Shown here in pieces: positions 1-6,313 of a stretch of DNA of 6,313 nucleotides. Origin of the DNA: a virus (lineage: Duplodnaviria > Heunggongvirae > Uroviricota > Caudoviricetes); the IMG/VR virus record IMGVR_UViG_2597490224_000003; one strand, given 5' to 3'. Made by a program: the position numbers and the translations under genes. How positions within the stretch are numbered: the stretch's first letter is position 1; the number at the start of each line of letters is the position of its first letter. The notes beneath the pieces were generated by a model. The model worked only from the letters and a program-made list of their open reading frames with translations, was not told where the DNA came from and ran no database searches.

Positions 1-264
1 TCTTATATAGCAGAAGACGGTATCGAAAAACGTTATCTTCCAGATGGCATGCTGGTTCTGGGGAATACTGCTGCAGATGGGATCCGTTGTTACGGTGCCA
101 TTCAGGATGCTCAGGCGTTGTCCGAAGGTGTGGTGGCCTCTTCCCGTTATCCGAAACACTGGCTGACGGTAGGGGATCCCGCCCGTGAATTTACCATGAC
201 GCAGTCCGCGCCGCTGATGGTGTTGCCGGACCCGGATGAGTTTGTGGTGGTACAGGTGAAATAA
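1..264 (+). CDS. E: Major capsid protein, C-terminal fragment (lambda gpE-like); 5' end lies upstream of the window
   Basis: Frame 1 is open from nt 1 with no in-frame stop until TAA at 262-264; the listed ORF 49..264 is only the part after the first Met. Position immediately upstream of FI/FII/Z matches lambda gene order. Sequence-level resemblance to lambda gpE C-terminus is from memory and unverified. Confidence 0.75.
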   Translation, partial: SYIAEDGIEKRYLPDGMLVLGNTAADGIRCYGAIQDAQALSEGVVASSRYPKHWLTVGDPAREFTMTQSAPLMVLPDPDEFVVVQVK

Positions 265-272
265 TCCGTGAG

Positions 273-302
273 CGGGGGCGAAATGCCCCCGTGTCTTTTT
301 TC
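273..302 (+). terminator. Intrinsic-terminator-like hairpin plus T-run just downstream of the capsid gene stop
   Basis: Read directly: CGGGGGC (273-279), loop GAAAT (280-284), GCCCCCG (285-291), a perfect 7-bp GC-rich stem, followed by TGTCTTTTTTC (292-302). Function not verified; could equally be an mRNA-stability or attenuating element. Confidence 0.4.
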
Positions 303-315
303 ACAGGGGGCTGAT

Positions 316-690
316 ATGGCAACGAAAGAGCAAAATCTGAAACGGCTTGATGAACTGGCCCTGATTCTGGGGCGTGAGCCGGATATATCCGGGAGTGCCG
401 CAGAGATAGCGCAGCGGGTGGCAGAATGGGAAGAGGAAATGCAGTCATCCGGCGATGATGTACAGGTTATGAATATGGATATCCGGGAGCGGGAAACCGC
501 GGCTCATGATGTTCGTGAGGAAACATCCGGCGCGTTAACGCGCATCAGAGTTCTGACCTGCCTCCATCTCTGTGGCGTTGATGGTGAAACGGGGGAATCC
601 GTTGAGCTTGCGGATGTTGGTCGGGTGATTCTGATTATGTCCTCAGATGCAAAAACACACGTTGATGGTGGAATGGCTGTTTATGCGTGA
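316..690 (+). CDS. Head assembly / DNA-packaging accessory protein, gpFI-like (124 aa)
   Basis: ATG at 316 preceded by purine-rich CAGGGGG; the ORF-track start at 268 lies inside the terminator hairpin and is unlikely. Sits between capsid gene and FII as in lambda; size similar to lambda FI (132 aa). Stop TGA 688-690 overlaps the FII start (ATGCGTGA). Sequence is diverged from what I recall of lambda FI, so the call rests mainly on synteny. Confidence 0.6.
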   Translation: MATKEQNLKRLDELALILGREPDISGSAAEIAQRVAEWEEEMQSSGDDVQVMNMDIRERETAAHDVREETSGALTRIRVLTCLHLCGVDGETGESVELADVGRVILIMSSDAKTHVDGGMAVYA

Positions 691-1036
691 TTTTCAGAAT
701 GCCTTTGATGCCGCCCTTGCCGGGGTGGACAGTACGATTGTTGAAGTGATGGGCATCAGTGCGCAGTTCACCTCCGGTGCACAGCGTGGCGGCGAGGTTC
801 ATGGCGTTTTTGACGATCCGGAGTCGCTGGGTTTTGCCAGTAGTGGGATCCGTATTGAAGGAAGTAACCCGTCATTATTTGTGCTTACGGATACGGTTTG
901 TGCTGTACGGCGTGGTGACACGCTGACCATTAACGGCGAGATGTTCTGGGTGGACCGTGTTTCTCCGGATGACGGAGGGAGTTGTTATCTCTGGCTCAAC
1001 CGGGGGCAACCACCTGCCGCCAGCCGTCGCCGCTGA
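683..1036 (+). CDS. FII: Head-tail joining protein gpFII (117 aa)
   Basis: Product from the ATG at 683 (MRDFQNAFDAAL...GVFDDPE...GDTLTI...FWVDRVSPDDGGSC...) closely resembles lambda gpFII as I recall it, including the conserved C-terminal ...WVDRVSPDDGGSC.LWL.RG.PPA..RRR; same length as lambda FII. The ORF-track start at 647 is upstream of the homologous N-terminus and overlaps FI. Confidence 0.85.
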   Translation: MRDFQNAFDAALAGVDSTIVEVMGISAQFTSGAQRGGEVHGVFDDPESLGFASSGIRIEGSNPSLFVLTDTVCAVRRGDTLTINGEMFWVDRVSPDDGGSCYLWLNRGQPPAASRRR

Positions 1037-1047
1037 AAGGGGGATGT

Positions 1048-1626
1048 ATGGCCATAAAAGGTCTTGAGCAGGCCGTTGAAAACCTCAGCCGTATCAGCAA
1101 AACGGCAGTGCCTGGTGCCGCCGCAATGGCCATTAACCGCGTTGCTTCATCCGCGATATCGCAGTCGGCGTCACTGGTTGCCCGTGAGACAAAGGTACGC
1201 CGGAAACTGGTAAAGGAAAGGGCCAGGCTGAAAAGGGCCACGGTCAAAAATCCGCAGGCCAGAATCAAAGTTAACCGGGGGGATTTGCCCGTAATCAGGC
1301 TGGGTAACGCGCGGGTTGTCCTGTCCCGACGCAGGCGTCGTAAAAAGGGGCAGCGTTCATCCCTGAAAGGTGGCGGCAGCGTGCTTGTGGTGGGAAACCG
1401 TCGTATTCCCGGCGCGTTTATTCAGCAACTGAAAAATGGCCGGTGGCATGTCATGCAGCGTGTGGCCGGGAAAAACCGTTACCCCATTGATGTGGTGAAA
1501 ATCCCGATGGCGGTGCCGCTGACCACGGCGTTTAAACAGAATATTGAGCGGATACGGCGTGAGCGTCTTCCGAAAGAGCTGGGCTATGCGCTGCAGCATC
1601 AACTGAGAATGGTAATAAAGCGATGA
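1048..1626 (+). CDS. Z: Tail completion protein gpZ (192 aa)
   Basis: ATG at 1048 preceded by AAAGGGGGA; product MAIKGLEQAVENLSRISKTAVPGAAAMAINRVASSAISQSA... matches lambda gpZ in sequence and length as I recall it. The ORF-track start at 982 is an in-frame upstream extension. Confidence 0.9.
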   Translation: MAIKGLEQAVENLSRISKTAVPGAAAMAINRVASSAISQSASLVARETKVRRKLVKERARLKRATVKNPQARIKVNRGDLPVIRLGNARVVLSRRRRRKKGQRSSLKGGGSVLVVGNRRIPGAFIQQLKNGRWHVMQRVAGKNRYPIDVVKIPMAVPLTTAFKQNIERIRRERLPKELGYALQHQLRMVIKR

Positions 1627-2018
1627 AACATACTGAACTCCGTGCAGCCGTACTGGATGCACTGGAGAAGCATGACACCGGGGCGACGCTTTTTGATGGT
1701 CGCCCTGCTGTTTTTGATGAGGAAGATTTTCCGGCAATTGCCGTTTATCTCACCGGCGCTGAATACACGGGCGAAGAGCTGGACAGCGATACCTGGCAGG
1801 CGGAGCTGCATATTGAAGTTTTCCTGCCTGCTCAGGTGCCGGATTCAGAGCTGGATTCGTGGATGGAGTCCCGGATTTATCCGGTGATGAGCGATATCCC
1901 GGCACTGTCAGATTTGATCACCAGTATGGTGGCCAGTGGCTATGACTACCGGCGCGACGATGATGCGGGCCTGTGGAGTTCAGCCGATCTGACTTATGTC
2001 ATTACCTATGAAATGTGA
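1623..2018 (+). CDS. U: Tail terminator protein gpU (131 aa)
   Basis: ATGA start/stop overlap with Z (U ATG 1623-1625, Z TGA 1624-1626). Product [54 protein letters not shown]... matches lambda gpU; length identical to lambda. Confidence 0.9.
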   Translation: MKHTELRAAVLDALEKHDTGATLFDGRPAVFDEEDFPAIAVYLTGAEYTGEELDSDTWQAELHIEVFLPAQVPDSELDSWMESRIYPVMSDIPALSDLITSMVASGYDYRRDDDAGLWSSADLTYVITYEM

Positions 2019-2025
2019 GGACGAT

Positions 2026-2766
2026 ATGCCAACACCAAATCCTCTGGCACCGGTGAAAGGGGCCGGGACCACACTGTGGGTTTATAACGGGAGCGGCGAC
2101 CCTTATGCAAACCCGCTTTCAGACAATGACTGGTCGCGTCTGGCAAAAATTAAAGACCTGACGCCCGGCGAACTGACCGCTGAGTCCTATGACGACAGTT
2201 ATCTCGATGATGAAGATGCGGACTGGACCGCGACCGGGCAGGGGCAGAAATCCGCCGGAGATACCAGCTTCACGCTGGCGTGGATGCCCGGAGAGCAGGG
2301 GCAGCAGGCGCTGCTGGCGTGGTTTAATGAAGGTGATACCCGTGCCTATAAAATCCGCTTCCCGAACGGCACGGTCGATGTGTTCCGCGGCTGGGTCAGC
2401 AGTATCGGTAAGGCGGTGACGGCGAAGGAAGTGATCACCCGTACGGTGAAGGTCACCAATGTGGGCCGTCCGTCAATGGCAGAAGATCGCAGTACGGTGA
2501 CGGCGGCAACCGGTATGACCGTGACGCCTGCCAGCTCCTCGGTGGTGAAAGGGCAGAGCACCACGCTGACCGTGGCCTTCCAGCCGGAGGGCGCAACTGA
2601 CAAGAGCTTCCGTGCGGTGTCAGCGGATAAAACAAAAGCCACCGTGTCGGTCAGTGGTATGACCATCACCGAGAACGGCGTTGCTGCAGGCAAGGTCAAC
2701 ATTCCGGTTGTATCCGGTAATGGTGAACTTGCTGCGGTTGCAGAAATCACTGTCACCGACAGTTAA
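2026..2766 (+). CDS. V: Major tail tube protein gpV (246 aa) with C-terminal Ig-like domain
   Basis: ATG at 2026 preceded by GAGGACGAT; product [33 protein letters not shown]...[20 protein letters not shown]... matches lambda gpV; length 246 aa as in lambda. The C-terminal ~90 aa ([32 protein letters not shown]...EITVTDS) is the Ig-like decoration domain. The ORF-track start at 1996 overlaps U and is not used. Confidence 0.92.
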   Translation: MPTPNPLAPVKGAGTTLWVYNGSGDPYANPLSDNDWSRLAKIKDLTPGELTAESYDDSYLDDEDADWTATGQGQKSAGDTSFTLAWMPGEQGQQALLAWFNEGDTRAYKIRFPNGTVDVFRGWVSSIGKAVTAKEVITRTVKVTNVGRPSMAEDRSTVTAATGMTVTPASSSVVKGQSTTLTVAFQPEGATDKSFRAVSADKTKATVSVSGMTITENGVAAGKVNIPVVSGNGELAAVAEITVTDS

Positions 2767-2781
2767 TCCGGAGAGTCAGCG

Positions 2782-3204
2782 ATGTTCCTGAAAACCGAAT
2801 CATTTGAACATAACGGCGTGACCGTCACGCTTTCTGAACTGTCAGCCCTGCAGCGTATTGAGCATCTCGCCCTGATGAAACAGCAGGCAGAACAGGCGGA
2901 GTCAGACAGCAACCGGCAGGTTACTGTGGAAGACGCCATCAGAACCGGTGCTTTTGTGGTGGCGATGTCCCTGTGGCATAACCATCCGCAGAAGACAAAG
3001 CAGCCTTCCATGAATGAAGCCGTTAAACAGATTGAGCAGGAAGTGCTTACCACCTGGCCCGCGGAGGCAATTTCTCATGCTGAAAACGTGGTGTACCGGC
3101 TGTCCGGTATGTATGGGTTTGTGGTGAATGATGCCCCTGACCAGGCAGAGGACTCCGGGCCTGCAGAGCCTGTTTCTGCGGGAAAGTGTTCGACGGTGAG
3201 CTGA
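2782..3204 (+). CDS. G: Tail assembly chaperone gpG (140 aa, zero-frame product)
   Basis: ATG at 2782 preceded by GGAGAG; product MFLKTESFEHNGVTVTLSELSALQRIEHLALMKQQAEQAESD... matches lambda gpG; slippery heptamer near the 3' end; stop TGA 3202-3204. Confidence 0.9.
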   Translation: MFLKTESFEHNGVTVTLSELSALQRIEHLALMKQQAEQAESDSNRQVTVEDAIRTGAFVVAMSLWHNHPQKTKQPSMNEAVKQIEQEVLTTWPAEAISHAENVVYRLSGMYGFVVNDAPDQAEDSGPAEPVSAGKCSTVS

Positions 3205-3620
3205 GTTTTGCCCTGAAACTGGCGCGAGAGATGGGGCGACCTGACTGGCGCGCCATGCTTGCCGGGATGTCATCCACGGAGTATGCCGACTGGCACCGCT
3301 TTTACAGTACCCATTATTTTCATGATGTTCTGCTGGATATGCACTTTTCCGGGCTGACGTACACTGTGCTCAGCCTGTTTTTCAGCGATCCGGATATGCA
3401 TCCGCTGGATTTCAGTTTGCTGAACCGGCGTGAGGATGACGAAGAGCCTGAAGATGATGTGCTGATGCAGAAAGCGGCAGGGCTTACCGGAGGCGTCCGC
3501 TTTGGCCCGGACGGGAATGAAGTTATCCCCGCTTCCCCGGATATGGCGGGCATGACGGAGGATGACGTAATGCTGATGACAGTATCAGAAGGGATCGCAG
3601 GAGGAGTCCGGTATGGCTGA
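2782..3620 (+). CDS. T: Tail assembly chaperone gpG-T fusion made by -1 programmed ribosomal frameshift at 3180-3186, continuing in the -1 frame to TGA 3618-3620
   Basis: The -1 frame downstream of the slippery site is open to 3620 (ORF-track 3186..3620, ...SFALKLAREMGRPDWRAMLAGMSSTEYADWHRFY...). The G/G-T arrangement is the established lambda paradigm. The exact junction codon is approximate. Confidence 0.85.
3180..3186 (+). promoter_or_regulatory. -1 programmed ribosomal frameshift slippery heptamer G GGA AAG
   Basis: GGGAAAG read directly; in the G frame the codons are GCG|GGA|AAG (3178-3186), matching the X XXY YYZ pattern. Same heptamer as the lambda G/T site. Confidence 0.85.
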
Positions 3621-6239
3621 ACCGGTAGGCGATCTGGTCGTTGATTTAAGTCTGGATGCGGCCAGATTTGACGAGCAGATGGCCAGAGTCAGGCGTCATT
3701 TTTCCGGAACGGAAAGTGATGCGAAAAAAACAGCGGCAGTCGTTNNNNNNNNNNCAGGCGTCATTTTTCCGGTACGGAAAGTGATGCGAAAAAAACAGCG
3801 GCAGTCGTTGAACAGTCGCTGAGCCGACAGGCGCTGGCTGCACAGAAAGCGGGGATTTCCGTCGGGCAGTATAAAGCCGCCATGCGTATGCTGCCTGCAC
3901 AGTTCACCGACGTGGCCACGCAGCTTGCAGGCGGGCAAAGCCCGTGGCTGATCCTGCTGCAACAGGGTGGTCAGGTTAAGGACTCCTTCGGCGGGATGAT
4001 CCCCATGTTCCGGGGGCTTGCCGGTGCGATCACCCTGCCGATGGTCGGGGCCACCTCGCTGGCGGTGGCGACCGGTGCGCTGGCGTATGCCTGGTATCAG
4101 GGTAACTCAACCCTGTCCGATTTCAACAAAACGCTGGTCCTTTCCGGCAATCAGTCGGGTCTGACGGCAGATCGTATGCTGGTCCTGTCCAGAGCCGGGC
4201 AGGCGGCAGGGCTGACGTTTAACCAGACCAGCGAGTCACTCAGCGCACTGGTTAAGGCGGGAGTAAGCGGTGAGGCTCAGATTGCATCCATCAGCCAGAG
4301 TGTGGCGCGTTTCTCCTCTGCATCCGGCGTGGAGGTGGACAAGGTCGCTGAAGCCTTCGGGAAGCTGACCACTGACCCGACGTCGGGGCTGACGGCGATG
4401 GCGCGCCAGTTCCATAACGTAACGGCGGAGCAGATTGCGTATGTTGCTCAGTTGCAGCGTTCCGGCGATGAATCCGGGGCATTGCAGGCGGCGAACGAGG
4501 CCGCAACGAAAGGGTTTGATGACCAGACCCGACGCCTGAAAGAGAACATGGGCACGCTGGAAACCTGGGCAGACAGGACAGCACGGGCATTCAAATCCAT
4601 GTGGGATGCGGTGCTGGATATTGGTCGTCCTGATACCGCTCAGGAGATGCTGATTAAGGCAGAGGCTGCGTTTAAGAAAGCGGACGACATCTGGAATCTG
4701 CGCAAGGATGATTATTTTGTTAACGATGAAGCGCGGGCGCGTTACTGGGATGATCGTGAAAAGGCCCGTCTTGCGCTTGAAGCCGCCCGAAAGAAGGCTG
4801 AACAGCAGAGTCAACAGGACAAAAATGCGCAGCAGCAGAGCGATACCGAAGCATCACGGCTGAAATATACCGAAGAGGCGCAGAAGGCTTACGAACGGCT
4901 GCAGACACCGCTGGAGAAATATACCGCCCGTCAGGAAGAACTGAACAAGGCACTGAAAGACGGGAAAATCCTGCAGGCAGATTACAACACGCTGATGGCG
5001 GCGGCGAAAAAGGATTATGAAGCGACGCTGAAAAAGCCGAAACAGTCCGGCGTGAAGGTGTCTGCGGGCGATCGTCAGGAAGACAGTGCTCATGCTGCCC
5101 TGCTGACGCTTCAGGCTGAACTCCGGACGCTGGAGAAGCATGCCGGAGCAAATGAGAAAATCAGCCAGCAGCGCCGGGATTTGTGGAAGGCGGAGAGTCA
5201 GTTCGCGGTACTGGAGGAGGCGGCGCAACGTCGCCAGCTGTCTGCACAGGAGAAATCCCTGCTGGCGCATAAAGATGAGACGCTGGAGTACAAACGCCAG
5301 CTGGCTGCACTTGGCGACAAGGTTACGTATCAGGAGCGCCTGAACGCGCTGGCGCAGCAGGCGGATAAATTCGCACAGCAGCAACGGGCAAAACGGGCCG
5401 CTATTGATGCGAAAAGCCGGGGGCTGACTGACCGGCAGGCAGAACGGGAAGCCACGGAACAGCGCCTGAAGGAACAGTATGGCGATAATCCTCTGGCGCT
5501 GAATAACGTCATGTCAGAGCAGAAAAAGACCAGGGCGGCTGAAGACCTGCTTCGCGGGAACTGGATGGCAGGCCTGAAGTCCGGCTGGAGTGAGTGGGAA
5601 GAGAGTGCCACGGACAGTATGTCGCAGGTTAAAAGTGCTGCCACGCAGACCTTTGATGGTATTGCGCAGAATATGGCGGCGATGCTGACCGGCAGTGAAC
5701 AGAACTGGCGCAGCTTCACCCGTTCCGTGCTGTCCATGATGACAGAAATTCTGCTTAAGCAGGCAATGGTGGGGATTGTCGGGAGTATCGGCAGCGCTAT
5801 TGGCGGGGCTGTTGGTGGCGGCGCATCCGCGTCAGGCGGTACAGCCATTCAGGCCGCTGCGGCGAAACTCCATTTTGCAACCGGAGGATTTACGGGAACC
5901 GGCGGCAAATATGAGCCAGCGGGGATTGTTCACCGTGGTGAATTTGTCTTCACGAAGGAGGCAACCAGCCGGATTGGCGTGGGAAATCTCTACCGGCTGA
6001 TGCGCGGCTATGCCACCGGCGGTTATGTCGGTGGCACCGGAAGTCCGGCGCAAATGCGGCGTTCAGAGGGTATCAGGTTTGAGCAGAACAACAACGTGGT
6101 GATTCAGAACGACGGTACGAATGGTCTGCCAGGTCCACAGATGATGAAGGCGGTGTATGACATGGCCCGCAAGGGTGCCCGTGATGAAATCCAGGCACAG
6201 ATGCGCGATGGTGGTCTGTTCTCCGGAGGTGGACGATGA
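3613..6239 (+). CDS. H: Tail tape measure protein gpH; reading frame artificially broken by an N-run plus duplicated flank (3745-3809); intact length would be 853 aa
   Basis: ATG at 3613 overlaps the T stop (ATGGCTGA). N-terminal MAEPVGDLVVDLSLDAARFDEQMARVRRHFSGTESDAKKTAAVV matches lambda gpH. After the gap the same protein continues in another frame (RRHFSGTESDAKKTAAVVEQSLSRQALAAQKAGISVGQYKAAMRMLPAQFTDVATQ...) through the 785-aa ORF to TGA 6237-6239. Removing the 65 nt at 3745-3809 gives 2562 nt = 853 codons plus stop, the lambda H length. Coiled-coil-like A/Q/E/K/R-rich middle and Gly-rich hydrophobic C-terminal segment are typical of tape measure proteins. Confidence 0.9.
3690..3809 (+). 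repeat. 55-nt direct duplication flanking the N-gap (copy 1 3690-3744, copy 2 3755-3809; 54/55 identical); most likely unmerged overlapping contig ends
   Basis: Copy 1 CAGGCGTCATTTTTCCGGAACGGAAAGTGATGCGAAAAAAACAGCGGCAGTCGTT versus copy 2 CAGGCGTCATTTTTCCGGTACGGAAAGTGATGCGAAAAAAACAGCGGCAGTCGTT; single difference A (3708) versus T (3773). Both copies encode the same peptide RRHFSGTESDAKKTAAVV. Confidence 0.85.
3745..3754. other. Assembly gap (10 N) inside the tape measure gene
   Basis: Ten consecutive N characters read directly in the sequence. Confidence 0.98.
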
Positions 6240-6313
6240 AAACCTTCCGCTGGAAAGTGAAACCCGGGATGGATGTGACATCGGCTCCTTCCGTCAGGGA
6301 GGTGCGCTTTGGT
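6236..6313 (+). CDS. M: Minor tail protein gpM, N-terminal fragment (continues beyond window)
   Basis: ATGA overlap with the H stop (M ATG 6236-6238, H TGA 6237-6239). Translation MKTFRWKVKPGMDVTSAPSVREVRFG matches the lambda gpM N-terminus as I recall it; frame is open to the window end. Confidence 0.8.
   Translation, partial: MKTFRWKVKPGMDVTSAPSVREVRFG

Noticed and set aside
191-448. Minus-strand 85-aa ORF spanning the capsid gene 3' end, the hairpin and the FI start
   Set aside because: Antisense to two well-supported genes and the terminator-like hairpin; Pro/Ser/Ala-rich translation with no recognisable features.
996-1811. Minus-strand ORFs (90, 126 and 70 aa) overlapping Z and U
   Set aside because: Antisense to Z and U; no independent support, likely chance ORFs.
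1642-1887. Plus-strand 81-aa ORF in an alternate frame inside U
   Set aside because: Fully embedded out-of-frame within gpU; Arg/Leu/Cys-rich translation; no RBS; no known embedded gene in lambda U.
2189-2419. Plus-strand 76-aa ORF in an alternate frame inside V
   Set aside because: Embedded out-of-frame within gpV; Arg-rich low-complexity translation; likely spurious.
2346-3553. Minus-strand ORFs (136, 60, 96, 123, 76 and 77 aa) antisense to V, G and T
   Set aside because: All overlap confidently called + strand genes in antisense; no homology or signal features; consistent with chance ORFs in GC-rich coding sequence.
3745-3754. Possibility that the N-run hides a real insertion in the tape measure gene (intron, homing endonuclease or moron)
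   Set aside because: The flanks on both sides are the same 55-nt sequence and removing gap plus one copy restores an 853-codon ORF, which indicates overlapping contig ends rather than missing biological sequence. Only reads can fully exclude it.
3646-3962. Minus-strand ORFs (84 and 88 aa) spanning the N-gap region
   Set aside because: Their translations include X residues from the N-run and they are antisense to H; artefacts of the gap.
4236-5848. Several long minus-strand ORFs (192, 143, 176 and 172 aa) nested antisense within the tape measure gene
   Set aside because: They lie entirely inside a confidently identified, lambda-matching + strand gene, have Arg/Pro/Cys/Ser-rich low-complexity translations typical of antisense frames in GC-rich coding DNA, and have no plausible RBS or homology signal. 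They are open by chance.
5140-6281. Small plus-strand alternate-frame ORFs (67 and 74 aa) inside H and minus-strand ORFs (73 and 72 aa) at the H/M junction
   Set aside because: Embedded in or antisense to H/M with low-complexity translations; no support.
1-6313. Search for an undescribed defence, toxin or accessory system, CRISPR array, tRNA or other RNA gene in this window
   Set aside because: The whole window is accounted for by collinear lambda-type structural genes with junctions of 15 nt or less, apart from the 51-nt capsid/FI spacer holding the hairpin. There is no spare intergenic space, no periodic repeat-spacer structure and no unassigned ORF with coding-like character. Claiming a novel system is not supported by the sequence.

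Overview
This window is a contiguous, same-strand block of late morphogenesis genes from a lambda-like (lambdoid) siphovirus or prophage, in the canonical lambda order: 3' end of the major capsid gene (E), FI-like, FII, Z, U, V, G and the G-T frameshift fusion, H (tape measure), and the start of M. All calls are on the + strand, tightly packed, with overlapping stop/start codons typical of translationally coupled phage structural operons. Protein lengths match lambda (FII 117 aa, Z 192, U 131, V 246, G 140, H 853 after removing an artefact). From memory, the Z, U, V, G, T, H and M products look close to lambda itself, while the capsid C-terminus, FI and FII look more diverged; this is unverified without alignment. 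The one anomalous stretch is a run of 10 N's (3745-3754) inside H, flanked by a 55-nt near-identical direct duplication; this looks like an unmerged contig join, not biology, and it creates a false frameshift in H. The -1 programmed frameshift site for G-T (GGGAAAG, 3180-3186) is present and intact. I found no unassigned space, cargo/moron gene, defence system, CRISPR array or RNA gene. I do not see evidence of a novel system here; this is a well-understood structural module.
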